This document shows, one piece after another, positions 27,078-35,252 of a DNA stretch of 35,254 nt (position 1 is its first letter; each line of letters begins with the position of its first letter). Location: contig JAQTSP010000001.1 of NCBI GenBank assembly GCA_028711205.1, positions 1 to 35,254 of the forward strand. Reading direction: 5' to 3'. Below the pieces are notes generated by a model. That model ran no database searches. It was not told the DNA's origin and worked only from the letters and a program-made list of their open reading frames with translations. The stretch is from Eubacteriales bacterium (GTDB lineage Bacteria; Bacillota; Clostridia; Christensenellales; SZUA-584). The translations under genes and the position numbers were made by a program.

Positions 27078-27078
27078 A

Positions 27079-27900
27079 TCATAACTCCTCTCTTTCAAAA
27101 GCGTACAGTATCGCGTTTGCCGCGGAAGCGGGAAAATATCTTCCCGGCAGCCCCGATTCTATCTGCACGCAGACCCCCAATTTTTTTGCCAGCTCCATAT
27201 CCATGCCATATGGCGACGACGCAAGCTCGATGATTTTAGCTCCTTTTTTAATGCATTTCAGCTCCGGTTCATTCAGTACATGAGCCGGTACGGTATTGAA
27301 CACAACGTCCGCCCCGGTGAGCGCCTTTAAAACCTCTCCTGTATGCACAGCGCGCATGTTCTCCGCCCAGATCAGCGCGAGATCCCCGTCCTTTCTGGCC
27401 GTCGCGGTCACATCCGCCGAATAGGCTTTGAGCAGCTTACAGAGAAACCGCGATATCCTGCCGTATCCGATCACCACGCACGCGGCGTGGCAAAGCGCCG
27501 TCTCCGTGTTTTTCTGATACACGCATATCGCGGCCTCGGCCGTCAGCTGCGCATTTTTGACAAGAAACGCTTCGTTTTGCAGCAGGTCGATATACTGTAT
27601 TTGACCGCCGAATATTTTTTTTGCCGCGTCGTCGCACATACCAAGCACATAGTCGCTTTTTGGATATGTATGTACGATATCACCAAGCGCCAGTTTGCCG
27701 CTTGCATACGGCGCTTTTAAATACCCGTCCGCGTTTCTATATGGTATCGGAAGGAAAACATAGTCGGCGCCTTGCGGCTGCGCATCTTTGATCCCCAGTT
27801 TATCAAAACCAGCTATGGATACATCAAAGCCTTTTTGTTTCAGCAGCTTTGAAAGCACGACCTGCCGCTTGTCACCGCCGGCTATCAATATGCTTCGCAC
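27079..27900 (-). CDS. dpaA: Dipicolinate synthase subunit A
   Basis: 273-aa ORF with a dehydrogenase-like Rossmann motif (VVIGYGRISR). Paired with dpaB. GTG start with AAGGGGG upstream. Confidence 0.85.
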   Translation of the reverse strand: MRSILIAGGDKRQVVLSKLLKQKGFDVSIAGFDKLGIKDAQPQGADYVFLPIPYRNADGYLKAPYASGKLALGDIVHTYPKSDYVLGMCDDAAKKIFGGQIQYIDLLQNEAFLVKNAQLTAEAAICVYQKNTETALCHAACVVIGYGRISRFLCKLLKAYSADVTATARKDGDLALIWAENMRAVHTGEVLKALTGADVVFNTVPAHVLNEPELKCIKKGAKIIELASSPYGMDMELAKKLGVCVQIESGLPGRYFPASAANAILYAFEREEL

Positions 27901-27943
27901 GCATATAAACCCCCTTACATCACCCCAAAATTGATACTCACGT

Positions 27944-27971
27944 TATATTATGCGGTTTTTATTTGATGGGT
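27944..27971 (-). promoter_or_regulatory. Candidate sigma-K-type promoter of dpaAB
   Basis: Minus strand AC (27971-27970), 17 nt spacer, CATAATATA (27952-27944). This matches the B. subtilis sigma-K consensus AC-N16-17-CATAnnnTA. spoVF is sigma-K dependent in Bacillus. Confidence 0.4.
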
Positions 27972-28063
27972 GTATAAACAGCTGCCCCAACAACAAAGCC
28001 CATCCGGCACCTGGCAACAGATACCGCACGGGCTGTACAATGGACATTGAAAAAATCGGAGGT

Positions 28064-28738
28064 TTATTTATTCTGCAAAGCCAGATCTTTGATGGATTTG
28101 ATCTTGCCGTAGACGATCAGCACGTCGCCGGGCTGAATCAGAAAATCCGCTTTTGGAAAATCGATCGTACTCGACCCTCTGTCGATCTTTAAAACATGGA
28201 TATACATGTCGTTCAGCTTCGCTTCTTTTAACGTTGTATTCGATAGAGAACTCTCCGAATCGACCAGTATCTCGTATACCGCGTATTCCGGGCTGATTTT
28301 CAGCACCTGGTCTATCGAGCGTTTCTCGGTCTGTTTCATGATCCTTTTGGCGATAAATTTCTCAATGATCTTGTCAAACTTGCTCGAGACATACTTGTTA
28401 CGCGTTACAACCAAAAAAATGACCGTGATAGCAGCCAATAATATCCCGACGTTGATGATCTGCTTCTCATCCTGGGAGATCATGTTATATATCAATGTGA
28501 TGAGAGACGCCTGCGCCACATAACTCAACAGCATCAGTATGCTCGCGAGCTTGCGCCGGAGCGGATGCTGGGCGATCAGCTCGGATTCTCTCGTGGTGAA
28601 CCCCGTATGCGTAAGTATGGATATCACCTGAAACCGGGCTTTGTTCAGTTCCAGTCCGGTGATCTTGAATACGATGGATAAAATCTCTATGACCAGCCAG
28701 ATCGCGACCAGCAATACCGCGATATAAATAACGCTCAT
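28064..28738 (-). CDS. Small membrane protein with a single Trk/Ktr-like pore loop and a C-terminal RCK_C (TrkA-C) domain
   Basis: 224 aa from ATG 28738 (GGGGAGG 6 nt upstream). The layout is TM1, then FQVISILTHTGFTT (resembling the TrkH/KtrB P-loop FQxVSxRTAGF), then TM2 and TM3, then a TrkA-C-like domain (EILVDSESSLSNTTLKEAKL...IQPGDVLIVYG). Confidence 0.65.
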   Translation of the reverse strand: MSVIYIAVLLVAIWLVIEILSIVFKITGLELNKARFQVISILTHTGFTTRESELIAQHPLRRKLASILMLLSYVAQASLITLIYNMISQDEKQIINVGILLAAITVIFLVVTRNKYVSSKFDKIIEKFIAKRIMKQTEKRSIDQVLKISPEYAVYEILVDSESSLSNTTLKEAKLNDMYIHVLKIDRGSSTIDFPKADFLIQPGDVLIVYGKIKSIKDLALQNK

Positions 28739-28872
28739 ATCCGCCCTCCCCAATCGATATATTCTTTGTTGTTCTCTGTTTATGCTGTTATTCTACCAAA
28801 AATCCTGCCAAAATGAAAACAATTGCCGCGTAATGCTCAAATAACGCTCTGAACCACCGCGGGCAATATAGA

Positions 28873-28893
28873 AAAGAGGCATCATGCCTCTTT
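28873..28893 (-). terminator. Hairpin at the end of the dUTPase-like gene (weak terminator candidate)
   Basis: Perfect 9-bp stem AAAGAGGCA/TGCCTCTTT with a 3-nt loop that is the TGA stop codon (28882-28884). Only a modest U-rich tail follows (TCTATATT). Confidence 0.4.
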
Positions 28894-29265
28894 GACCTCG
28901 CTGTTATTATCAACCGCATAGCCTTCTCTGTCGGATTGGCCGTGCTGCCGCGCAAAGTTCTCTTTGTTTTTATCAAGATACCTCTGGTGCAGCTCTTCCG
29001 CGTCCATGCCCGTCTTGAGGCACATGCTGACGAAAAAGTGAAGTATATCCACAAGCTCGCCCTTCACCTTGTCCGCATCCACCGGTTTTTCATTTTTCCA
29101 CCATTTGAAGTTGACTTCTTCGATCAGTTCGGCAAGCTCAGAAAGCATCGCGAGCGTTTCTTTTTGTATCCATTCTTCCATGGAAATGCCTTGGAGGCCG
29201 CGTTTCTCGGCCAATTCTGCATCAAACATCTGCTGAAACTTAAAAATATTCTCAAGCTTGTCCAT
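28882..29265 (-). CDS. All-alpha NTP pyrophosphatase, dimeric dUTPase-like (dUTPase_2 family)
   Basis: 127 aa from ATG 29265 (GGAGGGG upstream). AMLSELAELIEEVNFKWWK and GELVDILHFFVS are typical of the family. Confidence 0.7.
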   Translation of the reverse strand: MDKLENIFKFQQMFDAELAEKRGLQGISMEEWIQKETLAMLSELAELIEEVNFKWWKNEKPVDADKVKGELVDILHFFVSMCLKTGMDAEELHQRYLDKNKENFARQHGQSDREGYAVDNNSEVKEA

Positions 29266-30526
29266 CAAACCCCTCCAAAATTTGTTCTATCTCTTTTCTT
29301 TTTTCTATATTGCCAGCGAACACAGCGGACATCTTTGAATAGTCAAAAATATCGTCTATCAGCGCGTTCACGCTGTCTATCGACACAGCTTCGATCTTTG
29401 CCATCGTCTCTTCTTCGTCGTAGACCTCGTCCAAAAGCAGCAGCGATTTGCCGAGCGCGCTCATTTTCGCGTTCGTGCTTTCCATCGAGAGCACATAATT
29501 GCCTTTCATCTGGTCTTTGCCCTGCGTAAAGTCGCTTTCACTGATTCTCTCGTTTTTGAGCCTGTCTATTTCCTGCTTCATCAATCCCACAACGATGTCC
29601 GCGTTGACCGCCGTTGTGCCGGCGTACAGTGAAAACATGCCCGAGAAGCTGTATGTGGACGGATAGGAATACACGGAATAGGCAAGCCCCTTGTCTTCGC
29701 GGATCGACTGGAACAGCCGCGAACTCATGCCGCCGCCAAGTATGTTGTTTAAAACCGCCATCGAAAAACGCATATCGTCCGCGAATGTACAGCCGGGGAA
29801 TGCGAGGCAAAGGTGTGTTTGCTCCGCGTCTTTTTCGATAAACATAGAGCGCACCGCCGGAGCAAAACCGTTCTCGCAGCTGTCTTTTTCCTTTTTTGTG
29901 CCGCGTCCGTAGTCTCCAAGATGCTTCTGCACCGAAGAGATCATCTCGTCTTCGTCAAAGCGTCCGGCCACTGAAACGACGATGTTTGCCGGATAATAAT
30001 GCGTGTCTATATACCCTAAGAGGTCGTCTCGTGAAAAACCGGAGACGTTTTCGGCCAATCCGAGTATCGGCTTTGAAAGCGTGCTGCCCGTAAAAAAAAG
30101 TTCGGATATTTTTTCGTGCGCAAGCTCTTCCACGTTGTCGTTCACCATCGCGATCTCTTCCTGAACGACGCCTTTTTCCTTTTGTATTTCCACTTCGTCG
30201 TACAGGGAATTGATGACCAGGTCGGACAGCACTTCGACCGCGACTTCCAGCTTGTCCGGCACGACCCGCGCGTGATAACATGTGCATTCCTTCGACGTGA
30301 ATGCATTAATCTGGCCGCCTATCTTGTCCATATCCACGGCAATCTGTTTTGCCGTTCTGTTCTTTGTACCTTTAAACAACATATGCTCAATAAAATGGGA
30401 TATTCCGTTTTCTTCGGGCGTTTCGCAAGTCGAGCCCGTTTTTACCCAAATACCGGCCGCGACGGAATTATAATTCGGCATCAGTTCGGCAACGATACGG
30501 ATGCCGTTGCCCATCGTCTTTATCAT
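29252..30526 (-). CDS. M16-family zinc peptidase (insulinase-like, MlpA/YmxG-type)
   Basis: 424-aa ORF with the inverted zinc motif HFIEH in GISHFIEHMLFKGT and a downstream E in the EKGVVQEEI region. Confidence 0.9.
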   Translation of the reverse strand: MIKTMGNGIRIVAELMPNYNSVAAGIWVKTGSTCETPEENGISHFIEHMLFKGTKNRTAKQIAVDMDKIGGQINAFTSKECTCYHARVVPDKLEVAVEVLSDLVINSLYDEVEIQKEKGVVQEEIAMVNDNVEELAHEKISELFFTGSTLSKPILGLAENVSGFSRDDLLGYIDTHYYPANIVVSVAGRFDEDEMISSVQKHLGDYGRGTKKEKDSCENGFAPAVRSMFIEKDAEQTHLCLAFPGCTFADDMRFSMAVLNNILGGGMSSRLFQSIREDKGLAYSVYSYPSTYSFSGMFSLYAGTTAVNADIVVGLMKQEIDRLKNERISESDFTQGKDQMKGNYVLSMESTNAKMSALGKSLLLLDEVYDEEETMAKIEAVSIDSVNALIDDIFDYSKMSAVFAGNIEKRKEIEQILEGFDGQA

Positions 30527-30539
30527 CTTATGTTCTCCT

Positions 30540-31148
30540 TCAAAGCATTTCGTTCACCTTTAGGATAGTATAACCTTTATCAAGCACAATTTGTACTATT
30601 TTTTCAAAGTCTTCAAAATTATTGTCCGCATCTATATAAATGAACATGTCATCAAGCACAGTCTCGCCCAAAACCTGCTGCCACCCGTCAACGCGTATCA
30701 GCTTTGTGACGTCGATCGACGGGCAAACCTGTCTTAACTCACTGCCCTCGATATAGCTCATGACAGGAACACTGTACCCGCCGCCCAGATACAAACCAAG
30801 CCGGGCATCTTCGTCTTCGTTTTCGTCTTCATAAACATAGTATCCGATGCCGTGCCCGCTGTCCAGGACCTGCTGCAAAACCGCCTCGTTGCTATAATAA
30901 CACTGTTCGGAAAAGAAAAACGTACCTGCCACGCCAAATTCCTCAAGCATTTTCATATACGCATCGATGTCGCTTGTTCCATCGATCACGATCTGCAGCG
31001 CGACATTGTTTTCCCCTGTATTGCCTTTCAACACCGGCCCGTCAGGAACTGCACCAAAAGGCATAAATGCCAGCATATAGACGAACCCGATAATCAGCAT
31101 GATGCTAAGGTTTGTAACCAGCATCTTTTTGGGCTTGCTTCCTCCCAT
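30540..31148 (-). CDS. Membrane-anchored NodB-homology (polysaccharide deacetylase-like, YlxY-position) protein with degenerate catalytic motifs
   Basis: 202 aa from ATG 31148 (AAGGTGGTGA upstream), with a signal anchor. ALQIVIDGTSD...GVAGTFFFSEQ...SGHGIGYY follows the NodB pattern TFDDG...ATFF...GHEIGxH, but the DD and HxxxH residues are replaced. Confidence 0.5.
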   Translation of the reverse strand: MGGSKPKKMLVTNLSIMLIIGFVYMLAFMPFGAVPDGPVLKGNTGENNVALQIVIDGTSDIDAYMKMLEEFGVAGTFFFSEQCYYSNEAVLQQVLDSGHGIGYYVYEDENEDEDARLGLYLGGGYSVPVMSYIEGSELRQVCPSIDVTKLIRVDGWQQVLGETVLDDMFIYIDADNNFEDFEKIVQIVLDKGYTILKVNEML

Positions 31149-31289
31149 ACGTATCACCACCTTTTGCATATGTATATTCACAAACACACCAATAAATACT
31201 TGAAATGACAAGCAAAGTCCGCGTTTGCGCCATACAATTTCCCTGCTGTTACATATATATGATATAAAACTGTTTTGAGTCCATATAAA

Positions 31290-31333
31290 AAAACGGCAAA
31301 AAAAACGCCGGCTGCGATATCACAACCGGCGTT
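31290..31333 (-). terminator. Rho-independent terminator after the sugar-binding lipoprotein gene
   Basis: The minus-strand RNA reads AACGCCGGTTG-tgatatc-GCAGCCGGCGTT followed by TTTTTTTGCCGTTTTTTT. Confidence 0.8.
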
Positions 31334-31342
31334 ATACTCATG

Positions 31343-32347
31343 CTATTGCCCCAGCACCTCGGCGTGCCAGGCATCCTCAATATAATAATCGGCCGCGTTC
31401 CCTGAAACAACCGCCTCAACCACAAGCTCCGCATACTGGGGTGACTCGTATGTATTGTCTTTGATAAACTTGTCCGCATAGTAGACCGTCTGCTTTGCGA
31501 GCTCTCCCGGCCCAAAAAATATCGCCGCATAGATGTCTCCCGCCTCGACCGATTCGATGATGTCCATATCCGCGCCGCATACCACAAGTTTGATATCCTT
31601 GCCCGATTCGTCGATCGCCCTCATCGCGCCCCGGGCAAGTGCCGGGCTTTGCGCGAATATAAAGTCGACGTCATCGTTTTTGAGCGCTTCACCGGTCAAT
31701 GAATACGCCTGGTCTTCATCATCGCCGCAAAACTTCTCTGATACAAGCGACACATCACTGTCCTCGCCGATCGCAGTATTAAAACCGTCCGACATCCATT
31801 GCATCACAAAACTGTCATAGTCCGTCTTCAGCATCAGGCATCCGCCGCCTTCTCCAAACAGATCGATAGCGTACTGGCCGGCGGCCGCGCCCATGTCGCC
31901 ATAGTTTGCCAATATCAGCATACTGACAAGCCCGTTCACCTGATCGATGATGTTGATCACCGGAACATCCAGCGTCTCGCACTCTGAAAGCACGGTCTCC
32001 AAAGCGTCCACATCGACCGGATCTATGACAATAACGGAAACGCCGGCCGAGAGCAGCGTCCCGATATCTTGCTGCTGCTCCGCCGCGCTGGCCGCGACTT
32101 CAATTTGCGAATCATAGTTCATCGAGATGCATTCGTCTTCGATATCAAGAACAAGCTGCTGATAGAAAGCATTTTCCCCCGCAAGTGAAAAACCAATTAT
32201 TGTTCGAGATGAAATGCCGTTTGCGTCATTCTCTTCATACGTCGGCAAAGGTGTAGCGCTGGCCGATGTTTGCGCGGCCTGGCCGCCGCAGGCACAAAAC
32301 AGTATCAGCACGAACAATATCAGCGCCGAATTAACAAGCCTTTTCAT
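31343..32347 (-). CDS. Type-I periplasmic-binding-fold sugar-binding lipoprotein (RbsB-like ABC substrate-binding protein), orphan
   Basis: 334-aa ORF with a signal peptide and Cys (LILFCACGG). IGFSL...FYQQL...SVIVIDPVD...VPVINI resembles the ribose/galactose SBP pattern. Confidence 0.75.
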   Translation of the reverse strand: MKRLVNSALILFVLILFCACGGQAAQTSASATPLPTYEENDANGISSRTIIGFSLAGENAFYQQLVLDIEDECISMNYDSQIEVAASAAEQQQDIGTLLSAGVSVIVIDPVDVDALETVLSECETLDVPVINIIDQVNGLVSMLILANYGDMGAAAGQYAIDLFGEGGGCLMLKTDYDSFVMQWMSDGFNTAIGEDSDVSLVSEKFCGDDEDQAYSLTGEALKNDDVDFIFAQSPALARGAMRAIDESGKDIKLVVCGADMDIIESVEAGDIYAAIFFGPGELAKQTVYYADKFIKDNTYESPQYAELVVEAVVSGNAADYYIEDAWHAEVLGQ

Positions 32348-32380
32348 GAATACCTCCGTATCGCATAGTTGCTAAAAAGC

Positions 32381-32389
32381 ATTATAACA
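32381..32389 (-). promoter_or_regulatory. Extended -10 element upstream of the sugar-binding protein gene
   Basis: Minus strand TGtTATAAT, about 30 nt upstream of the GGAGG RBS. The -35 is poor (T-run). Confidence 0.35.
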
Positions 32390-32467
32390 TGTTTGCCGGG
32401 CAAAAAAAAGTGCCATATCATGTAACAGATTCAATTTCGCCGCTGCCTGCAGCGCGCTATGCCCGGG

Positions 32468-32496
32468 TTTACATTTTGCCGATATTTGAGGATATT
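32468..32496 (+). promoter_or_regulatory. Candidate sigma-A promoter for the only plus-strand gene
   Basis: TTTACA (32468-32473), 17 nt spacer, GATATT (32491-32496). Confidence 0.3.
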
Positions 32497-32555
32497 ATTA
32501 AGCCAAATGTGAAAAAATAATAATACTTTTGCCAATTATGATTGAGGAGGACAAT

Positions 32556-32894
32556 ATGAGCGACAGAAAAAAACAGCTGGATGATTTTCTTTTTGGCCTT
32601 AAGGCGATGGGCCAGGAAGCGCCGGACGCCGTCAATGCCTTTATGGGCCTTTTAAAGGATGTCTATACGCCGGGTAAACTCGATTTAAAAACAAAGGAGC
32701 TGATCAGCGTCGCTATCGGCTGCTATAACAGGTGCAAATACTGCATCGTATACCACACAAACGAGGCGCTGAAGGCCGGTGCGACCAGAGAGGAGATCAT
32801 CGAAGCGGCGATGGTGTCCGTCGCGTTCGGCGGCGGCCCGTCGATGGCGTACTCCGTGACCGCATTAAAGGAAACGCTGGACGAGTTCGCATAA
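32556..32894 (+). CDS. Carboxymuconolactone decarboxylase / AhpD-like family protein
   Basis: 112 aa from ATG 32556 (GAGGAGG upstream). The CxxC motif in context GCYNRCKYCIVYH is typical of the CMD/AhpD family. Confidence 0.8.
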   Translation: MSDRKKQLDDFLFGLKAMGQEAPDAVNAFMGLLKDVYTPGKLDLKTKELISVAIGCYNRCKYCIVYHTNEALKAGATREEIIEAAMVSVAFGGGPSMAYSVTALKETLDEFA

Positions 32895-32963
32895 AATACT
32901 CATCAACTTACAAAGAGACTAGGCTTTAGCAATTTATCACTTTGTATTACCCGCGGCGAAAAA

Positions 32964-33680
32964 CTAAACGGCGATCTGTCCCAGCGTCTCGCCGATGCTG
33001 CCGTTGATCACAAGATGCGCACGCGCATCATATGGCGTCGCCGACCTGTTGATCAGCACAAGCTTGCCGCCTTTGTAATAGTCGATCAGCCCCGCGGCCG
33101 GATATACCGCAAGCGATGTGCCGCCAATGATCAGTACATCTGCGTTTTTAATATATGCGATGGCTGACTGTATAACGTCGCCGCGAAGCTCTTCGCCATA
33201 CAGCACGACATCCGGCTTGATCACGCCGCCGCATGCGCACATGGGAATACCCTCGCTCTGCTGCACATACGACACATCATAGAGCCGGCTGCAATCCCGA
33301 CAATAGTTGCGGTAAACGGAGCCGTGCAGTTCGAGCACGTTCGCGCTTCCCGCCGCGCGGTGCAGCCCGTCTATGTTTTGGGTAATCACAGCCACCAGTT
33401 TGCCCGCCTTCTCAAGCGCCGCAAGCTTTTTATGCGCATCGTTTGGCTTTGCACCAAGGCAGAGTATCTTCTCTTTATAAAACGCGTAAAATTCGGCGGT
33501 GTTGCCGTCAAAAAAGCGGCGGCTCAATATCGTTTCGGGCGGATACCGGTAACGCTGGTGATACAGCCCGTCAACGCTCCGAAAATCGGGGATGCCGCTT
33601 TCGGTCGATACGCCCGCGCCGCCAAAAAATACAATGTTGTCGCTGCCGCTTATTATTTTTTGCAAAGTATCTATACCCAT
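32964..33680 (-). CDS. cobB: NAD-dependent protein deacylase (Sir2 family)
   Basis: 238-aa ORF with [25 protein letters not shown] and the Zn-binding cysteines CRDC...CACGG. Confidence 0.9.
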   Translation of the reverse strand: MGIDTLQKIISGSDNIVFFGGAGVSTESGIPDFRSVDGLYHQRYRYPPETILSRRFFDGNTAEFYAFYKEKILCLGAKPNDAHKKLAALEKAGKLVAVITQNIDGLHRAAGSANVLELHGSVYRNYCRDCSRLYDVSYVQQSEGIPMCACGGVIKPDVVLYGEELRGDVIQSAIAYIKNADVLIIGGTSLAVYPAAGLIDYYKGGKLVLINRSATPYDARAHLVINGSIGETLGQIAV

Positions 33681-33805
33681 TATTTTTTCACCCAGGTATG
33701 TATTATAACACGAGATATGATTTAATGTAACGCCGCTCTCGATTTATTTTGGCTGCAACCTGCCGGGATTGCACACCTGAACAATATGTGGATGCGGGCA
33801 TGTGA

Positions 33806-33843
33806 TATGAAAACAGACCCGAACATTCTATGCCGGGTCTGTT
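33806..33843 (-). terminator. Rho-independent terminator after the small membrane protein gene
   Basis: 10-bp stem AACAGACCCG/CGGGTCTGTT (33812-33843) with a 12-nt loop, followed by TTTTCAT on the minus strand. Confidence 0.55.
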
Positions 33844-33866
33844 GATACAGATATGCTTGTTAATAC

Positions 33867-34247
33867 TTACGCGACAGTCGGTGGTTTTTTTGCAACAGCC
33901 ATGATGCCGCCGGTCAGAAGAAGCGCCGCTGTGAAGATCGCATACCATCCGCCAACAAATATGGAGATGAAAGAGAGCCCGCCGGCCACGATAAGCAATA
34001 TGCCGCCGCTCTTATCATTCTTGTTGAGTTTGCCCGTTCCAACAAACCCGAGAATGAACGCGACGAGAGACAGTATCACACCGAAAATGGCCAGTGCGAT
34101 AAGGCCGCCGCCCATGCCATACATATAAGCCGCAGCGCCAAGTACACCTACAATAACCCCGACAACCAACATAATGACAAATACAATGATGCCAATGATT
34201 GAACCAATCAGCCCCAGCGTGAATTCTGCTTTATAAGCCTTTTCCAT
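33867..34247 (-). CDS. Small Gly-rich polytopic membrane protein (DUF4064-like)
   Basis: 126-aa ORF with 3-4 hydrophobic helices rich in G/I/V. AGGAGG RBS and its own promoter and terminator. The family call is tentative. Confidence 0.55.
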   Translation of the reverse strand: MEKAYKAEFTLGLIGSIIGIIVFVIMLVVGVIVGVLGAAAYMYGMGGGLIALAIFGVILSLVAFILGFVGTGKLNKNDKSGGILLIVAGGLSFISIFVGGWYAIFTAALLLTGGIMAVAKKPPTVA

Positions 34248-34301
34248 AAAAAAACCTCCTAAATATTATTTTGAAATCTATTATCATATAAATTCCACCT
34301 T

Positions 34302-34331
34302 ATTCTAGCATTTTTCGTAAACGTTCGTCAA
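34302..34331 (-). promoter_or_regulatory. Candidate sigma-A promoter with extended -10 for the small membrane protein gene
   Basis: Minus strand TTGACG (34331-34326), 18 nt spacer, TGcTAGAAT (34310-34302). Confidence 0.45.
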
Positions 34332-34460
34332 ATAAGAAATTAATTTTGTTATAAAAACTTAAAGGTTTCATAAAATCTGCGATACCGGCCACAGCATGCC
34401 GCAAAAAACCTCACTTTGTTGCTGCCGCAGCGAGTCTTTTTACGGCAGCCAAAAAGAGTA

Positions 34461-35252
34461 TTATGACAGCTCTTTGCCCATAAACACGACGGCCAGAACG
34501 CCGGGGCCCGTATGGCAGCCGATGACGGGACCGACATCCTGTATGGCGACCGCTTTAAACGGTATGTTTTCTTCTATCAGCGTTTTGAGCTTTCCGGCGG
34601 CTTCCATGTTGTTCGCATGAAGCACATACCCGGTCTGTTCTTCCGGCTGCACCACATTTTCCTGCACAAGATCCAAAAAATATTTCATCAGCTTTTTTGA
34701 GCCCTTGACCTTATCCGCGGCGATGATCTTGCCCTCCTGGTTCAGCCTTAAAATCGGCTTGACATCGAGTATGGTGCCGATCGCCGCGGCCGCGCCAGAG
34801 AGCCTTCCGCCTTTTTTAAGATAGTTCAGATCGTCAACCGAAAACCATGCGTGCGCTTTGTCTTTATTGGCCATGACCCAATCTCTTATTTCCTCAAGCG
34901 GTTTCCCTTCGTCCTTTTGCTTTTGGGCATTCATTACAAGCAGCCCCGCACCCATGGAGATGCGCCGCGTATCGACAAGCTCGATGATGGCTTTAGGGTA
35001 TTCCTCGAGCACCATTTTTTTTGCCATCTGCGTCAGGTCATAATGCCCCGACAGCGCGGATGAAAACGACAGGTAAAGTATGTCTTTGCCGCTTTTGACG
35101 ATATCGCGAAAGAAATCCGCAATGTCCGCAGGCGGCCGTGTCGATGTGAACGCGTCCGCACCGCCCGCCAGCGCCTGATAAAATCCGATAAAATCAGTCT
35201 CTCTGCCGAGATCGAAAAGCGCCTCTTTGCCGTCCACGGTATACAGCATCAA
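34461..35252 (-). CDS. DegV-family fatty-acid-binding protein (N-terminus cut by the window edge)
   Basis: The ORF is open to the window end. TSTRPP, ILYLSFSSALSGHY, KKGGRLSGAAA and IQDVGPVIGCHTGPG are typical DegV motifs. Roughly the first 20-30 residues are missing. Confidence 0.85.
   Translation of the reverse strand: MMLYTVDGKEALFDLGRETDFIGFYQALAGGADAFTSTRPPADIADFFRDIVKSGKDILYLSFSSALSGHYDLTQMAKKMVLEEYPKAIIELVDTRRISMGAGLLVMNAQKQKDEGKPLEEIRDWVMANKDKAHAWFSVDDLNYLKKGGRLSGAAAAIGTILDVKPILRLNQEGKIIAADKVKGSKKLMKYFLDLVQENVVQPEEQTGYVLHANNMEAAGKLKTLIEENIPFKAVAIQDVGPVIGCHTGPGVLAVVFMGKELS

Noticed and set aside
27998-28033. Imperfect hairpin GCCCATCCGG/CCGCACGGGC after the TrkA-C-like gene, a weak CAnCAAA/TTTGnTG hairpin after spoIIM (11689-11716), and GCTGCCG/CGGCAGC after degV (about 34418-34446).
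   Set aside because: The stems have mismatches or loops of 15 nt or more and poor U-tracts. They are too weak to call as terminators from sequence alone.
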